Assembly: GCA_965140415.1 (NCBI GenBank)
Contig: OZ223209.1
Location: 768,001 to 832,000 of the forward strand
Reading direction: 5' to 3'
Length of the DNA stretch: 64,000 nucleotides
DNA from: Myxococcota bacterium
GTDB lineage: Bacteria > Myxococcota_A > SURF-8
Position numbers and translations under genes: made by a program. The notes under the pieces are model-generated. The model saw only the letters and a list, made by a program, of their open reading frames with translations. It did no database searches and was not told where the DNA came from. Below, one piece after another: positions 30,393 to 40,355 of this stretch. Numbering within the stretch: the first letter of the stretch is position 1; every line of letters begins with the position of its first letter.

Positions 30393-30449
30393 ACACGATA
30401 CGCATGATTGATCGAGCTAATCGCCAATTTCAATAGGTAGGGTATTCAG

Positions 30450-33400
30450 ATGAAAACGCAATCCACGGTCCTGATAACGGTACAGATCTTCTGCATTGCT
30501 GTCATCATGTTCTGCGCTACAGCGCAAGCAGAGGCACAATCGAATGACTTCACGAATATCTACATTGTGTATGAGGCTGGTGTACCTGTAGCAGCGGATG
30601 GTGATGCCGATGTGGATTCGGAAATTGAAGGAGAGGCGGAGCAGGGTGACGACTCGGAGACTGATGTTGATGCGGACTCTGAAAATATAAGTTGCACTAG
30701 GAATGAACTGGAGTTGAGCATCCCGAAGGGAGCAAAAATAGGTTCTGAAGAAGTGAGGGTAGAAGAGGGATACTGTATCGCGAAGGATTGGCCAGAAAGG
30801 TGTAATGCTGATTATATCTGTAAACTCAAACAAGAAGAAGAATACAGGGTAATAAGTGGGGAAACCAGCCGGTCGCAGAATATCTACATGATTAAATCCG
30901 AACTGTTTGTAATAGATGAAACTAAGAATATGTTTTTTGAATATCTCAGGCCTACAAAGGTCAAAGCCTATATCGGGATAAAAAATATCGCGAATGACAA
31001 TGTATTGAATGTGATGAAGGAGCATCTCCGTTTGTCGCTTCTGGAATCGGACCCAGTCGGGAACAGCGGCTCGGATTTCCATCCCGATAATGAGTATGCT
31101 GTTTGTGATTACGAAAGCAAACGGGATCTGACTGATTCCCTGGCATTGACCGTATCTTTCATTCCAAAGTCTGGAGTGATTTTCAATCCCAACGGCAAAC
31201 AACTTGGGAGATTCCCTTTTAAAGGAAATGGACACGATGCCAAGGAGTCAATAACTAGCCGCAATTGGCGATTGAGAAACATTCCTGAAACCGCATATTA
31301 TCAAACAATCAACAACGAAAAGTGTTTTGATTTGAATGTGGGATTATCAAGGCTGTATAATACTGTAGGGAAATGTACGTATCGAGAGACGAAAGAATCT
31401 CCTGATGTCCAAAGAGTATGTTGTGAAAATACTGAAACCGAAGCAAAGATAGTAGTAAAATACAAAGATACGGTAAGAAATGAAAATAACATAATTAAAA
31501 ATAATATAACAATTGATATTAAAACTGAACCAACTGTCTGTAAGAATTACAGTATAACACCATTAACAAAACTATATGGCGGGACCAGAAACGCCAAAAT
31601 GCTGTTCCAAGCAAAAATGCCGAATGAATTATGCCTGCTACCGAAAAGCATTGAAACCAATAGCGAAATCGTAGAGCCGAAACGAGTTTCCTTACAGCCC
31701 TATTCGGTAGATGGCTTGGATCCATCCACGAAAATATTAATGGCGAAATTCGTCTCGGTTAAAGCAAGTACGGGACGGCAAGATGTCGAGTTCGATGTCA
31801 CGCGCAGCAATGAAGAAAATAAAAAGAAGGTCGTGGTTACAACAAGACCCAGCCCGGTTGTGAAGCGCGATCCGGAAGTCGTGGTGATGGACAGTAAGAC
31901 TGGAAAGGTATCATACAAGGCAAAAACCCCAGGTGAAGTGTTTATTGCAACGGACGGAGACAATTGGTTCAACTGGCCCCTGAACAGGCCGGATTATTGG
32001 GATGTACATGTTCCGAGCGGAGAGTTTGGAGGTTGTGAAAACGGGAAGGTGTGGGTTGAAAATCAAATAAAAGAAAAAGTAAAAGGGTATTGTATCGATT
32101 ACAAGATGAATGTGGGTCACGATCTCCAAGCGCTTACCTTCACTTTCGGACTTAAAGGCAAAGGGGTTTTTCCTAGAAATGTTCCAAAGGAGATATCTGA
32201 TAAAATTATAAATGATGATAGCAGGCACTGGGGGTATTTTGACTATACCATGAAGAAAGTGTCCGTCAGGCCGTATCGAAGGGCCCTGAATTTGAAATCT
32301 GAAATTCTTGTGGGTTGTAAATTCCGACCAAAATGTGGCCATGCTGATGATTCGGATATCAAGGTGTTTCGAGAGAATGAAGGAGTAATCGCAGTTGATT
32401 ACGGAAATATCGATGAGTGCTACATGTTGTATCCGTTGAAAAACGATTCTGCCGATATTGGCAGTCAAGAAGAAACAGTCGAGACAACACAAAAATTCCT
32501 GCAAATCGTAAACGATGACTTGATTTCAAGAGTCGGACGCCAAAACATTAAAACGGAATTGCTGTACGTCAACAAGGAGGACGACCAGTTTCAACCATCC
32601 AGTTCAAAAAGGGCCACACCTCCGACTTTGATTTTGGATGATGGTTTGGAACCGTGGAAAGACCATTCAGATTGGAAATTCGCGTACAGAACGAAAACAG
32701 ACAATGATAAGAAAAAAGATAAAGATAAGAAAAAAGATAAAGACAAGGAAAACATCTTTGAGATCAGGGACAAAATTATATTCAAGAAGAAAAAAGACGT
32801 TGAAATTGAAAAACCGGATGTAAAACCACCTGCGAGCGCAAGCCCGACTACAACCACGACCACAACCACAACCACGAATGCAACCACGAATGCAACCACG
32901 AATGCAGCCACGAATGCAGCCGCGAACGAAACCACGAGCGCCACTCCAAACGCAACTGCGAATGCCGCCGCGACTACGAACGCAAGCCCGGACACGATCA
33001 AAAAAGAAGATACCAGCACGAAAGATAAAAATGCCAAAACGGAAAATAAAGACGAGAACGCGAACGAGGATGAAATCGATTTTAATGAACCGATTTATTT
33101 AGCGATCCCGATTCCGATCACGTGCAATGGTACGCAAGTCGTAGACGCCTACGATGTCGTCCGCTTCAGAGCATACTATGCCGACCCGGAGGCCTATGTC
33201 GTGAGCGACGATTCCTTCCCGCAATCGGAGTTCATTCTCGACATTCGAAGAGGGCCGAGACAGAGCCCGCCCGTTGAAAGCAAGGCGAGAATCTTTTTAA
33301 CCGTACCATTGAATCCGGTGATGGTGCGTTATCCGAACTCCGGCATATATTCGGAAAGCAGCGAGGATTACGAAAAGATGGAAACGGCCAGTTTCGGTCT

Positions 33401-33734
33401 TGGTTTGCTGATGGTCCTCGAAGGCTGGGATTATGCGCGAAACAGCCAGCTTTTCGTTCTTAACCCGCAACTCCAGTTCGGAGTGTTGACCACTATGGAC
33501 TACAACCTCGCCGGAAATGTCGATCCGCCGAATCTGTCTATCGTAGTCGGACTCGGATTGAGCCTGCCGAATCGCACTTCGCCGGACAGCACCGTGGAAA
33601 TTGCTACCAACCTGAGCTTTTGGTATGAGTTCGGTTTGTTGTGGGAAAGCCGAGCGTGGCGGGAACACAAAAACCCGCACCATGCCTTGCTTATCGGTCT
33701 TGGTTTGCAGTTTTCATCGTTTCCGGAGCATTGA
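30450..33734 (+). CDS. 1094-aa secreted protein with low-complexity linker and probable C-terminal outer-membrane beta domain
   Basis: Signal peptide ending AQAEA; Thr/Asn/Ala repeat linker; alternating hydrophobic strands at the C-terminus. Confidence 0.75.
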   Translation: MKTQSTVLITVQIFCIAVIMFCATAQAEAQSNDFTNIYIVYEAGVPVAADGDADVDSEIEGEAEQGDDSETDVDADSENISCTRNELELSIPKGAKIGSEEVRVEEGYCIAKDWPERCNADYICKLKQEEEYRVISGETSRSQNIYMIKSELFVIDETKNMFFEYLRPTKVKAYIGIKNIANDNVLNVMKEHLRLSLLESDPVGNSGSDFHPDNEYAVCDYESKRDLTDSLALTVSFIPKSGVIFNPNGKQLGRFPFKGNGHDAKESITSRNWRLRNIPETAYYQTINNEKCFDLNVGLSRLYNTVGKCTYRETKESPDVQRVCCENTETEAKIVVKYKDTVRNENNIIKNNITIDIKTEPTVCKNYSITPLTKLYGGTRNAKMLFQAKMPNELCLLPKSIETNSEIVEPKRVSLQPYSVDGLDPSTKILMAKFVSVKASTGRQDVEFDVTRSNEENKKKVVVTTRPSPVVKRDPEVVVMDSKTGKVSYKAKTPGEVFIATDGDNWFNWPLNRPDYWDVHVPSGEFGGCENGKVWVENQIKEKVKGYCIDYKMNVGHDLQALTFTFGLKGKGVFPRNVPKEISDKIINDDSRHWGYFDYTMKKVSVRPYRRALNLKSEILVGCKFRPKCGHADDSDIKVFRENEGVIAVDYGNIDECYMLYPLKNDSADIGSQEETVETTQKFLQIVNDDLISRVGRQNIKTELLYVNKEDDQFQPSSSKRATPPTLILDDGLEPWKDHSDWKFAYRTKTDNDKKKDKDKKKDKDKENIFEIRDKIIFKKKKDVEIEKPDVKPPASASPTTTTTTTTTTNATTNATTNAATNAAANETTSATPNATANAAATTNASPDTIKKEDTSTKDKNAKTENKDENANEDEIDFNEPIYLAIPIPITCNGTQVVDAYDVVRFRAYYADPEAYVVSDDSFPQSEFILDIRRGPRQSPPVESKARIFLTVPLNPVMVRYPNSGIYSESSEDYEKMETASFGLGLLMVLEGWDYARNSQLFVLNPQLQFGVLTTMDYNLAGNVDPPNLSIVVGLGLSLPNRTSPDSTVEIATNLSFWYEFGLLWESRAWREHKNPHHALLIGLGLQFSSFPEH
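32848..32927 (+). repeat. In-frame tandem repeats (ACAACC-type 6-mers; 12-mer ACCACGAATGCA)
   Basis: Three ACCACGAATGCA copies plus GCCACGAATGCA, encoding TTTTTTT(TNAT)n. Confidence 0.85.
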
Positions 33735-33762
33735 GAAAACAGAAATCTATGAACGTTTGACG

Positions 33763-33815
33763 CCCCTTCAGTTCCGACTCTGTAGAAACTCGTATATATA
33801 CGAGGCAACGTGATC
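33763..33815. repeat. Direct repeat, copy 2 (functional kamE 3' end)
   Basis: Includes the kamE stop and the 16-bp perfect palindrome CTCGTATATATACGAG. Confidence 0.92.
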
Positions 33816-34508
33816 CGCGTAGGTGCCGGGACCGAAGCCGGCATCAAAACCCAGTTCGATGGCCAGTTGATGGCTAATGCGCGGACCGCCGACGATCATG
33901 ATCATCTGCTCGCGAATGCCGAAGCTTTCCGCCAGTTCGATGAATTCCGTCAGGTTTTGAATGTGGGCGTCTTTCTGGGTGACGACCTGCGACACCAGGA
34001 TGGCGTCGGCTTTCATATCGATGGCCTTGCGGATCAACTGCTCGTTGGGAACCTGGCTGCCCAGGTTGAGCGCGTCGAAAGATGGGTAACGCTCCAGCCC
34101 GTAATGGAAGTTATAGCCCTTCATGTTCATGATGGCGTCGATGCCGACCGTGTGCGCATCCGAACCGGTGCAGGCGCCCACAACGACGATTTCACGTCCC
34201 AGATTCTCCTGGATCAGTTTGTTGACCTGTTCGAATGAATAATGCTTGGTATCGACTTTGGGGACATGAATGGCGGTTAAATCCACATCGTGCGTGCATT
34301 TTCCGTAAACGACATAGAAACTGAATCCGTTTTTCAAGTCGCCCTGATGCACCACCGATGCTTCGGCCAGTCCCATCTTCTCAGCCAGTAACAGCGCGGC
34401 CTGCTTCGAGTTTTCATCCGCCGGGGTCGGCAGGGTAAAGGAAAGCTGCATCGCGCCGTCGTTTAAGGTGTCGCCGTAGGGTTTGACGTGTTTCAAATCG
34501 ATCTGCAT
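33768..34508 (-). CDS. kamE: Lysine 5,6-aminomutase beta subunit
   Basis: KPYGDTLNDG.MQLSFTLP; B12 motif DAHTVG; PLP lysine in IMNMKGY; VSQVVTQKD. Confidence 0.95.
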   Translation of the reverse strand: MQIDLKHVKPYGDTLNDGAMQLSFTLPTPADENSKQAALLLAEKMGLAEASVVHQGDLKNGFSFYVVYGKCTHDVDLTAIHVPKVDTKHYSFEQVNKLIQENLGREIVVVGACTGSDAHTVGIDAIMNMKGYNFHYGLERYPSFDALNLGSQVPNEQLIRKAIDMKADAILVSQVVTQKDAHIQNLTEFIELAESFGIREQMIMIVGGPRISHQLAIELGFDAGFGPGTYADHVASYIYEFLQSRN

Positions 34509-34518
34509 AGCCAACCTC

Positions 34519-36099
34519 CTAATCCACCACGGCGGTCAATTCACGCCGGAACACGTCGAGCATCGGATTATAGTAGCCCTGCCGCTTGGGAGCGACGCCC
34601 GACAGCCCCTTGCCGCCATCTTTGGCGCGCTTGACATCGGCAAAGCGACCCTTGGCGATGCTTTCCATCAGACCGCTGCTCTTGACTTCCTGCAACAGTT
34701 CGATGGTTTCACCAAGTACTTTATGGGCGCGCGTCTGCACGATGCCGCCTTCTTTAATGACCATCTCCTTGCCGATGCTCTTCACGGCGTTCATCACCAG
34801 TTTGGCGTTTTCCAGCGCCAGGTAACGGTCCTGGATAAACGGTGTGTGCAGGGCTTCGGTGAGCATGCCCAATAGCTGAATGCCCTGGCCGGTCCACTGC
34901 GATACGAGGTTGAACAGCGCATTCAACATGTACGCGCGGAAGATGTCGCCGGTGATATGCTTGGTCGGCGGCATGTATTTCAGTGGATGATCCGGGAAGA
35001 CTTCCCGCACCAGTAGCGCCATAGCCAGTTCCAGCAGGAAGCTGTCTTCGATTTCCGGTTTGATTTCATAGGCGTGGCCCAGGCCCATCAAAGATGGTTT
35101 CAGCCCGGAATTATAGGCGAACTGTTCGTTGATCAGATCGCTGGCCAAAACCGTATTTCCGGCTTCCACGGCGTCGGCGGTGGTCAGGTAGTTGTCCTCG
35201 CCGGTGTTGATCATCACACCCGCCAGCGCGTTGATCATGCGCGAGAAATGCTGGTCGCAGAAGGTGCGGTACATGTTGATGTCGCGGAAGAGGATGCCGT
35301 ACATGCTGTCGTTCAGCATCATGTCCAGCCGTTCCAACGCGCCCATGGCAGCGATTTCCGGCATGCACAAACCGCTGGCGTAATTGACCAGACGGATGTA
35401 GCGTCCAAGCTTTTCGCCGACTTCGTCTAATGCGCGGCGCATGATCTCGAAGTTTTCCTGGGTGGCGTAGGTGCCGCCGAAGCCTTCGGTCGTCAATCCG
35501 TAAGGGACATAGTCGAGCAGGCTTTGTGCGGTGGCGCGAATAACCGCGATGATATCCGCTCCCTGCTCGGCGTGGCGGGTGGCCTGTTCGATGTCTTCGT
35601 GGATGTTGCCGGTGGCGACGATGACGTAAAGCAGGGGACGATCTCGCGGAGGCTCCGCCGCGATCTTTTCCTCGCGCAGGCGACGATTTTCGGCGATGCG
35701 CTGTAATTGGGGAGCCAGCAGTTCATTGGCTTTGGCGTAGATCTGCTCGGGTGGCACTTTCTCCAAATCCAGCAGGTCGATCTCGCCGCGTCCCACCGCC
35801 AGAGCCAGTTCCTTCGGTTCGAGACCGGTGCGCAATAGCCCGCGCACAAAGGGTTCGGTCGCGCCTTCGCCCAAATGGCGCTTGATGGCGTCCACCACTA
35901 CATTAGGTAAGGGTTCGCCCTGGTCGTTGATGCCTTTCAGGCCCAGCAGCCGCAAGGTGGTGCGCTCGATCGTTACGGTGGTGTGACGATTGATGTAGCC
36001 CTGGATGTCGTCGGCGATATTCTTGGCCAGCTCGCGCGCGAGTTCGATGTCAACGGGGTTCAGATTCAGCAGTCCAGCAGTCGCACGTGCAGCATTCAC
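34519..36099 (-). CDS. kamD: Lysine 5,6-aminomutase alpha subunit
   Basis: YVIVATGNI.ED, QSLLDYVPYG.T.EGFGGTYATQENF, NYASGLCMPE, LKYMPPTK. Confidence 0.96.
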   Translation of the reverse strand: MNAARATAGLLNLNPVDIELARELAKNIADDIQGYINRHTTVTIERTTLRLLGLKGINDQGEPLPNVVVDAIKRHLGEGATEPFVRGLLRTGLEPKELALAVGRGEIDLLDLEKVPPEQIYAKANELLAPQLQRIAENRRLREEKIAAEPPRDRPLLYVIVATGNIHEDIEQATRHAEQGADIIAVIRATAQSLLDYVPYGLTTEGFGGTYATQENFEIMRRALDEVGEKLGRYIRLVNYASGLCMPEIAAMGALERLDMMLNDSMYGILFRDINMYRTFCDQHFSRMINALAGVMINTGEDNYLTTADAVEAGNTVLASDLINEQFAYNSGLKPSLMGLGHAYEIKPEIEDSFLLELAMALLVREVFPDHPLKYMPPTKHITGDIFRAYMLNALFNLVSQWTGQGIQLLGMLTEALHTPFIQDRYLALENAKLVMNAVKSIGKEMVIKEGGIVQTRAHKVLGETIELLQEVKSSGLMESIAKGRFADVKRAKDGGKGLSGVAPKRQGYYNPMLDVFRRELTAVVD

Positions 36100-36101
36100 G
36101 A

Positions 36102-37718
36102 TCAGCCTCCCTGGTGTTTTAACAAGTCACGGGCCTGCGCGATGATTTCGGTTTCCAGTCCCAGTAATTCAGCCACATCCAGGGCGTCGCTTTTGGCTGT
36201 ATCGCCCTGTTGCGCCGGAATGACGCGGTAGTCCATCAGTTGATGCAGGGGCGGCTTTGCGCTGCCCTGCTGCTCGCGCCAGCGTGCCAGCGCCTGATGA
36301 TCCAATCCCGCCATGGCCAGCGCCGTCACTTCTGCTCCGCCCAGTCCATCTAAATGGGAAGCCATCAGCAGGGCGGAAGGAGACTGGCGCACGGTGTCCA
36401 GAATGGCCTGAACCAGCGCCCGGCCTTCGGCCACTCCCGTGGTGCGTCCGGGTTCGTCGAGCAGGTAGAGAATCGTTTTGTTTCGATCCGGAAGAGCCTG
36501 GCGCAGGCGGTCGATTTCACGGCCAAAGGCAGACAGGCCGCCGATTTCCTGACTTGCGGGTCCGATGGCTTCCACGCGCGAAAAGAGATGGGTCGTAAAG
36601 CCTTGCGCCGGAACGAACATTCCGAGTTGCGTCAGCGTTTGCAACCAGCCAACGGTCTGTAATACCACCGTTTTTCCGCCCATGTTCGGGCCGCCTAAGA
36701 CCGCGCAGGATACATTCAAATTCAAGGTCAACGGGGTGTAATCCGCGTCCGATTGCTCCACCCATTCTTCCACCAGCACGTGTCGTGCTTCGCGGATTCG
36801 AATCGAGCTTTTCCCATTGCTGCTGATCTCAGGCTGCACCGCGTTCCAGTTGCTGGCCAGATTGGCCATGGCAAACAGCAGGTCCAGCCGCGCCAGCTTG
36901 TCTTCTTCTTCCCGCCAGGCGGTTTCGTTCGGTTGCTGCTGTTGCTGGATGGACTGGTAGATCTCATTCTCGATGCGATGTTCATCCACCAGCAGATCGG
37001 ACAGGCGCCCGCGCAGTTCGGCCAGTTGCGGTCCTTCAAGCGCTTTGAATGTCACCGTGGTGATGGATTCATCCGCCAGCATCAGTTCGTCGTCGTGCTT
37101 CAGTCGCTCCAGGCGTTGGGTGTCGCTGCGGTCGATGACCCAGGCGGCGTTGGTTTCCGGCAATTCGTGCCGCTTGGCCAGTCGCTTTCTTGCCTCTTGC
37201 TCCTGTTCGGCGATCTGAACCTGAATGTTCCGAATCTGTTCGCGAACTTTCGATAACGACGGGTTGGAATCGTCTTTAAGATAGTAGCGGATTTCGAAGA
37301 CATCCACCGGCAGCCCGTCCGAAAGCGCATCCGCCGCCTTCAATTGGAGCCAGCCGGACAACAGGTCGTTGTCTTTCAAGCTGTCTCGCAGTGCCTGATG
37401 GTTCCTTCTGAAACGCAATAGCAGGGCGATTTCCGCCTGGCCCCAGTTCATGTCCCACAATGGCGCGATGCGCGGCAGGTCGTTTAGATGATGCCGGATG
37501 CGGTCGCAGGTTTCGGGCCAGTGTTGCAGCATTTCCAGCGCTTCCTGCAAGCGTTGTTGATGCTCGCACAGCGCGTCTTCCTCGCCTGCAACGAAGGCGG
37601 TCAGCCGTCTGGCCAGAAACTGCCCCGGTTCCGAAATCGGGAGGAGTTGCTTCAGGCTGCGGTCCACTCCCAGTAACCGGGCGCTGTCCCGGTTGATGAA
37701 TTCATGTAGCGCTTTCAT
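36102..37718 (-). CDS. kamC: MutS-like ATPase KamC (aminomutase reactivase subunit)
   Basis: GPNMGGKT Walker A, GLSAFGRE, LLDEPGRTT..EG; position between kamB and kamD. Confidence 0.8.
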   Translation of the reverse strand: MKALHEFINRDSARLLGVDRSLKQLLPISEPGQFLARRLTAFVAGEEDALCEHQQRLQEALEMLQHWPETCDRIRHHLNDLPRIAPLWDMNWGQAEIALLLRFRRNHQALRDSLKDNDLLSGWLQLKAADALSDGLPVDVFEIRYYLKDDSNPSLSKVREQIRNIQVQIAEQEQEARKRLAKRHELPETNAAWVIDRSDTQRLERLKHDDELMLADESITTVTFKALEGPQLAELRGRLSDLLVDEHRIENEIYQSIQQQQQPNETAWREEEDKLARLDLLFAMANLASNWNAVQPEISSNGKSSIRIREARHVLVEEWVEQSDADYTPLTLNLNVSCAVLGGPNMGGKTVVLQTVGWLQTLTQLGMFVPAQGFTTHLFSRVEAIGPASQEIGGLSAFGREIDRLRQALPDRNKTILYLLDEPGRTTGVAEGRALVQAILDTVRQSPSALLMASHLDGLGGAEVTALAMAGLDHQALARWREQQGSAKPPLHQLMDYRVIPAQQGDTAKSDALDVAELLGLETEIIAQARDLLKHQGG

Positions 37719-38724
37719 CTTTGCCTTCTCTTTCAGGTTCGATCAGCCAGGGATCGAAACAGGGAATCTCGTTCAAGCGGGATCGTAACGCGCGCAGGGT
37801 CGCTATCGGCGGCAGGCTGCGTTGTTCCCCACCATTGGTGCGCAATGAAACGAACACCAGTTCGGGACGCACACCCAGTTGGATTGCCAGACCGCGCCGC
37901 TTTAATTGCTCGATGCGCCTGGGTGGTACGAAAATGCGGGAGGGGTCATCGACGATGATGCAACGGCAGCCGGCGTCAAGCAGCACTTCGGATAGCAGCG
38001 GCGTAAACGGTCCGCCGATCCAGACGCTTTCCACATGTTCCGGAAGCTCACCGGCTTCCACCGCATGGCGGGTCACACAGTCCCAGTTGCCGTTTGGCAG
38101 GGCGAAGGCGACTTCGTCGCCGTCCAGATGTTTCGGGCGCTTGAGTGTGGTTTCGTCCAGGTAATACAGGGAAACCTGGCCTTCGATTTCCGCCGTCAGC
38201 GCCTCGGTGGATTGATGGGGCCGGGGACGAAAAGCCAGACCGACCTGACAACCGGGAAACGCGGAGATGGGCGTTCGACGGTCGGCGGCGCCATCGACCA
38301 GCACGCGTCTTACACCTAAGGAGTGAATGCGCGTGATGATGGCAGCCAGCATGGCGACCGAAGGCGCTCCAACCAGTTCCACTTCGCCGCTGCGCACACA
38401 GCGACCCAGCACCAGACGCCCTGCCTGTCCGCGCTGGGAGTCGGACCAGAGCAGTTCGAAGCGCGCGCTGGAACGGGTCAATAGATCCGCCGCTGTCAAT
38501 ACGATGTCATTCGGATAGGCGGTTACACGCGGCTTTTCTCCACCGGTAAGATGATCCCGGCCTTCGCCGTCCCAGCCGGTAGTCACCAGACCAAAGCCGA
38601 TCTGGCCGCTGAGTTGCATTTCCGCTCGCAGATGATTCAAGGTTACGGTTTTCCCCGCGTTTTTCTCCGAACCGACGATGAACAGCGGTTTCGAAGACGC
38701 GAGCATGGTTTGGGGGGCAAGCAT
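37702..38724 (-). CDS. kamB: KamB-like P-loop protein
   Basis: G.EKNAGKTVTLN, G.DGE..D..TG..KP, LVDGA.DR; overlaps the kamC start. Confidence 0.75.
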   Translation of the reverse strand: MLAPQTMLASSKPLFIVGSEKNAGKTVTLNHLRAEMQLSGQIGFGLVTTGWDGEGRDHLTGGEKPRVTAYPNDIVLTAADLLTRSSARFELLWSDSQRGQAGRLVLGRCVRSGEVELVGAPSVAMLAAIITRIHSLGVRRVLVDGAADRRTPISAFPGCQVGLAFRPRPHQSTEALTAEIEGQVSLYYLDETTLKRPKHLDGDEVAFALPNGNWDCVTRHAVEAGELPEHVESVWIGGPFTPLLSEVLLDAGCRCIIVDDPSRIFVPPRRIEQLKRRGLAIQLGVRPELVFVSLRTNGGEQRSLPPIATLRALRSRLNEIPCFDPWLIEPEREGKDESAT

Positions 38725-38845
38725 GAATCCGGCCTCTCTCGAAAGGGAGTAAAGCGCTTAATGTGTATATCGCACCGTTACTTCGTTTGCCATGGTTTTC
38801 ACAGCAGCTTGCTATTATTGCCTATTCTGCACTACTATTGTGATT

Positions 38846-38914
38846 GGGTGCCATGGGCAAAGCGAAGCTTGCCCATGCCGATCACGGGCAAGCTTCGCTT
38901 CGCCCGCGCCACCC
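38846..38914. repeat. REP-like palindromic doublet (family A)
   Basis: GGGTGCCATGGGC..GCCCATG..CACGGGC..GCCCGCGCCACCC; homologous to 5969-6052. Confidence 0.8.
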
Positions 38915-38961
38915 TTCCATTGAAAGGCATAGCGATATCTACAGTAGTCCAGCGCTTGTCC

Positions 38962-39032
38962 TGTCATTCCCGCGTAGACGGGAATCCAGAATGAAAACAA
39001 AGAACTGGCCCCCCGCCTGCGCGGGGGTGACA
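38962..39032. repeat. dRS3-like REP doublet (family C)
   Basis: TGTCATTCCCGCGTAGACGGGAATCCAG ... CTGGCCCCCCGCCTGCGCGGGGGTGACA inverted pair; first arm fits ATTCCC-N8-GGGAAT. Confidence 0.8.
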
Positions 39033-39076
39033 GCATAGGTGAATCGCTGAGATCAAAGAACAACCAGTCTAACGCA

Positions 39077-40330
39077 CTACTCTTCCCGTTTTTTCCGATT
39101 CGGAACCGGTCCGATATTCAGGTTCTTGGATGAGGCTTCTTCGATCATCCAGGCCGGCCCTTCCTTCGGAGCGTATTTCGGATTGCGCGGCAGGCGCGGG
39201 AAATCTTGATCCGCCTCGGTTTCCTGGTTTTCCACGTAGCGGCTGATGGTGCCCTCGAAATTGCGTAGGATCGTTACGCCGGGTGCCTGGGAAATCAGGT
39301 AGTTGGGCATCACCGGAATTTTGCCGCCGCCGCCGGGTGCGTCCACCACGAAGGTCGGTACCGCCATGCCGGAGGTATGACCGCGCAAAGCTTCGATGAT
39401 TTCGATGCCTTTGGACACCGGCGTGCGGAAATGCCCGATACCAATGGATAAATCGCATTGATACAGGTAGTAGGGCCGGACGCGCATCTTCAACAATCCA
39501 TGCACCAGTTCCTTCATGACGTACGGATTGTCATTGACGTGGCGCAGCAGAACCGATTGATTTGCAACCGGAATACCGTGATCTGCCAGTTTGGCGCAGG
39601 CCGCGCGGGCTTCTTCCGTCAATTCTTTCGGATGATTGAAATGCGTGTTAACGAACACCGGCTGGTAACGTTGAATGATTTCGCACAGTTCGTCGGTGAT
39701 ACGCATGGGCATGACCACCGGGGTGCGCGTGCCGATACGGATGATTTCCACGTGTTCGATGGCGCGTATGCGCTTTAAAATGTCTTCGATGCGGCCATCG
39801 GCCAACGTCAGCGGATCGCCGCCGGAAATGATGACATCGCGCACTTCTTCGTGCTCGGAGATGTAATCGATGGCGCGATCCAGATAATCTTTACCGATAT
39901 CGGCGTCGTGCTCGCCCACCAACCGGCGGCGCGTGCAATGGCGGCAGTACATCGAGCAGATTTCCGTCACCAGCAGCAGCACCCGGTCGGGATAACGATG
40001 CGTCAAGCCCGGCACCGGGGAGTCTTCGTCTTCGGCGAGCGGATCTTCCAGATCGTTGGGTGATTTTTCCACTTCCAGGGCTCGCGGCACCGCTTGCAGG
40101 CGCACCGGGCAGGCAGGGTCTTGCGGATCGATCAAACTCGCGTAATAGGGGGTAATCGCCATGCGAAAACGTTGCAGGCTTTTCAATACGCCTTGCTCGT
40201 CCTGCTCGCTCAGCGGAATCACATGCTTCAGCTCTTCAACCGTTTTGATGCGATGGCTGATCTGCCATTTCCAGTCGTTCCACTGTTCGGCGGTGACGTT
40301 CTCCCAAGTTTCCGTGTCCTTTTGGGCCAT
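39077..40330 (-). CDS. kamA: Lysine 2,3-aminomutase (radical SAM)
   Basis: [32 protein letters not shown]; start ATG 40330 after GGAG. Confidence 0.96.
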   Translation of the reverse strand: MAQKDTETWENVTAEQWNDWKWQISHRIKTVEELKHVIPLSEQDEQGVLKSLQRFRMAITPYYASLIDPQDPACPVRLQAVPRALEVEKSPNDLEDPLAEDEDSPVPGLTHRYPDRVLLLVTEICSMYCRHCTRRRLVGEHDADIGKDYLDRAIDYISEHEEVRDVIISGGDPLTLADGRIEDILKRIRAIEHVEIIRIGTRTPVVMPMRITDELCEIIQRYQPVFVNTHFNHPKELTEEARAACAKLADHGIPVANQSVLLRHVNDNPYVMKELVHGLLKMRVRPYYLYQCDLSIGIGHFRTPVSKGIEIIEALRGHTSGMAVPTFVVDAPGGGGKIPVMPNYLISQAPGVTILRNFEGTISRYVENQETEADQDFPRLPRNPKYAPKEGPAWMIEEASSKNLNIGPVPNRKKREE

Positions 40331-40355
40331 TGGGGCGTCTCCTTCCTTCACTGAT

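Larger units (their letters stand above)
29445..33815. mobile_element. Putative integrated islet (4318 bp between repeat starts) lacking an integrase
   Basis: Bounded by the 53-bp direct repeat; visibly AT-richer; two orphan genes. Confidence 0.7.

Noticed and set aside
29791-30405. 204-aa His/Arg-rich minus-strand ORF
   Set aside because: Shadow of the Cys-rich lipoprotein gene.
30417-31235. 272-aa minus-strand ORF in the islet
   Set aside because: Antisense shadow of the 1094-aa gene with no recognisable motif; not an integrase.
32848-32927. CRISPR-like repeat array
   Set aside because: Contiguous in-frame coding repeats with no spacers and no cas genes.
36102-37718. MutS mismatch-repair gene
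   Set aside because: Lacks the mismatch-binding N-terminal domains and sits in the kam cluster, consistent with KamC.
39077-40330. EpmB (EF-P beta-lysylation) or AblA assignment
   Set aside because: Context with kdd and kamDE indicates catabolic KamA; no efp, epmA or ablB adjacent.
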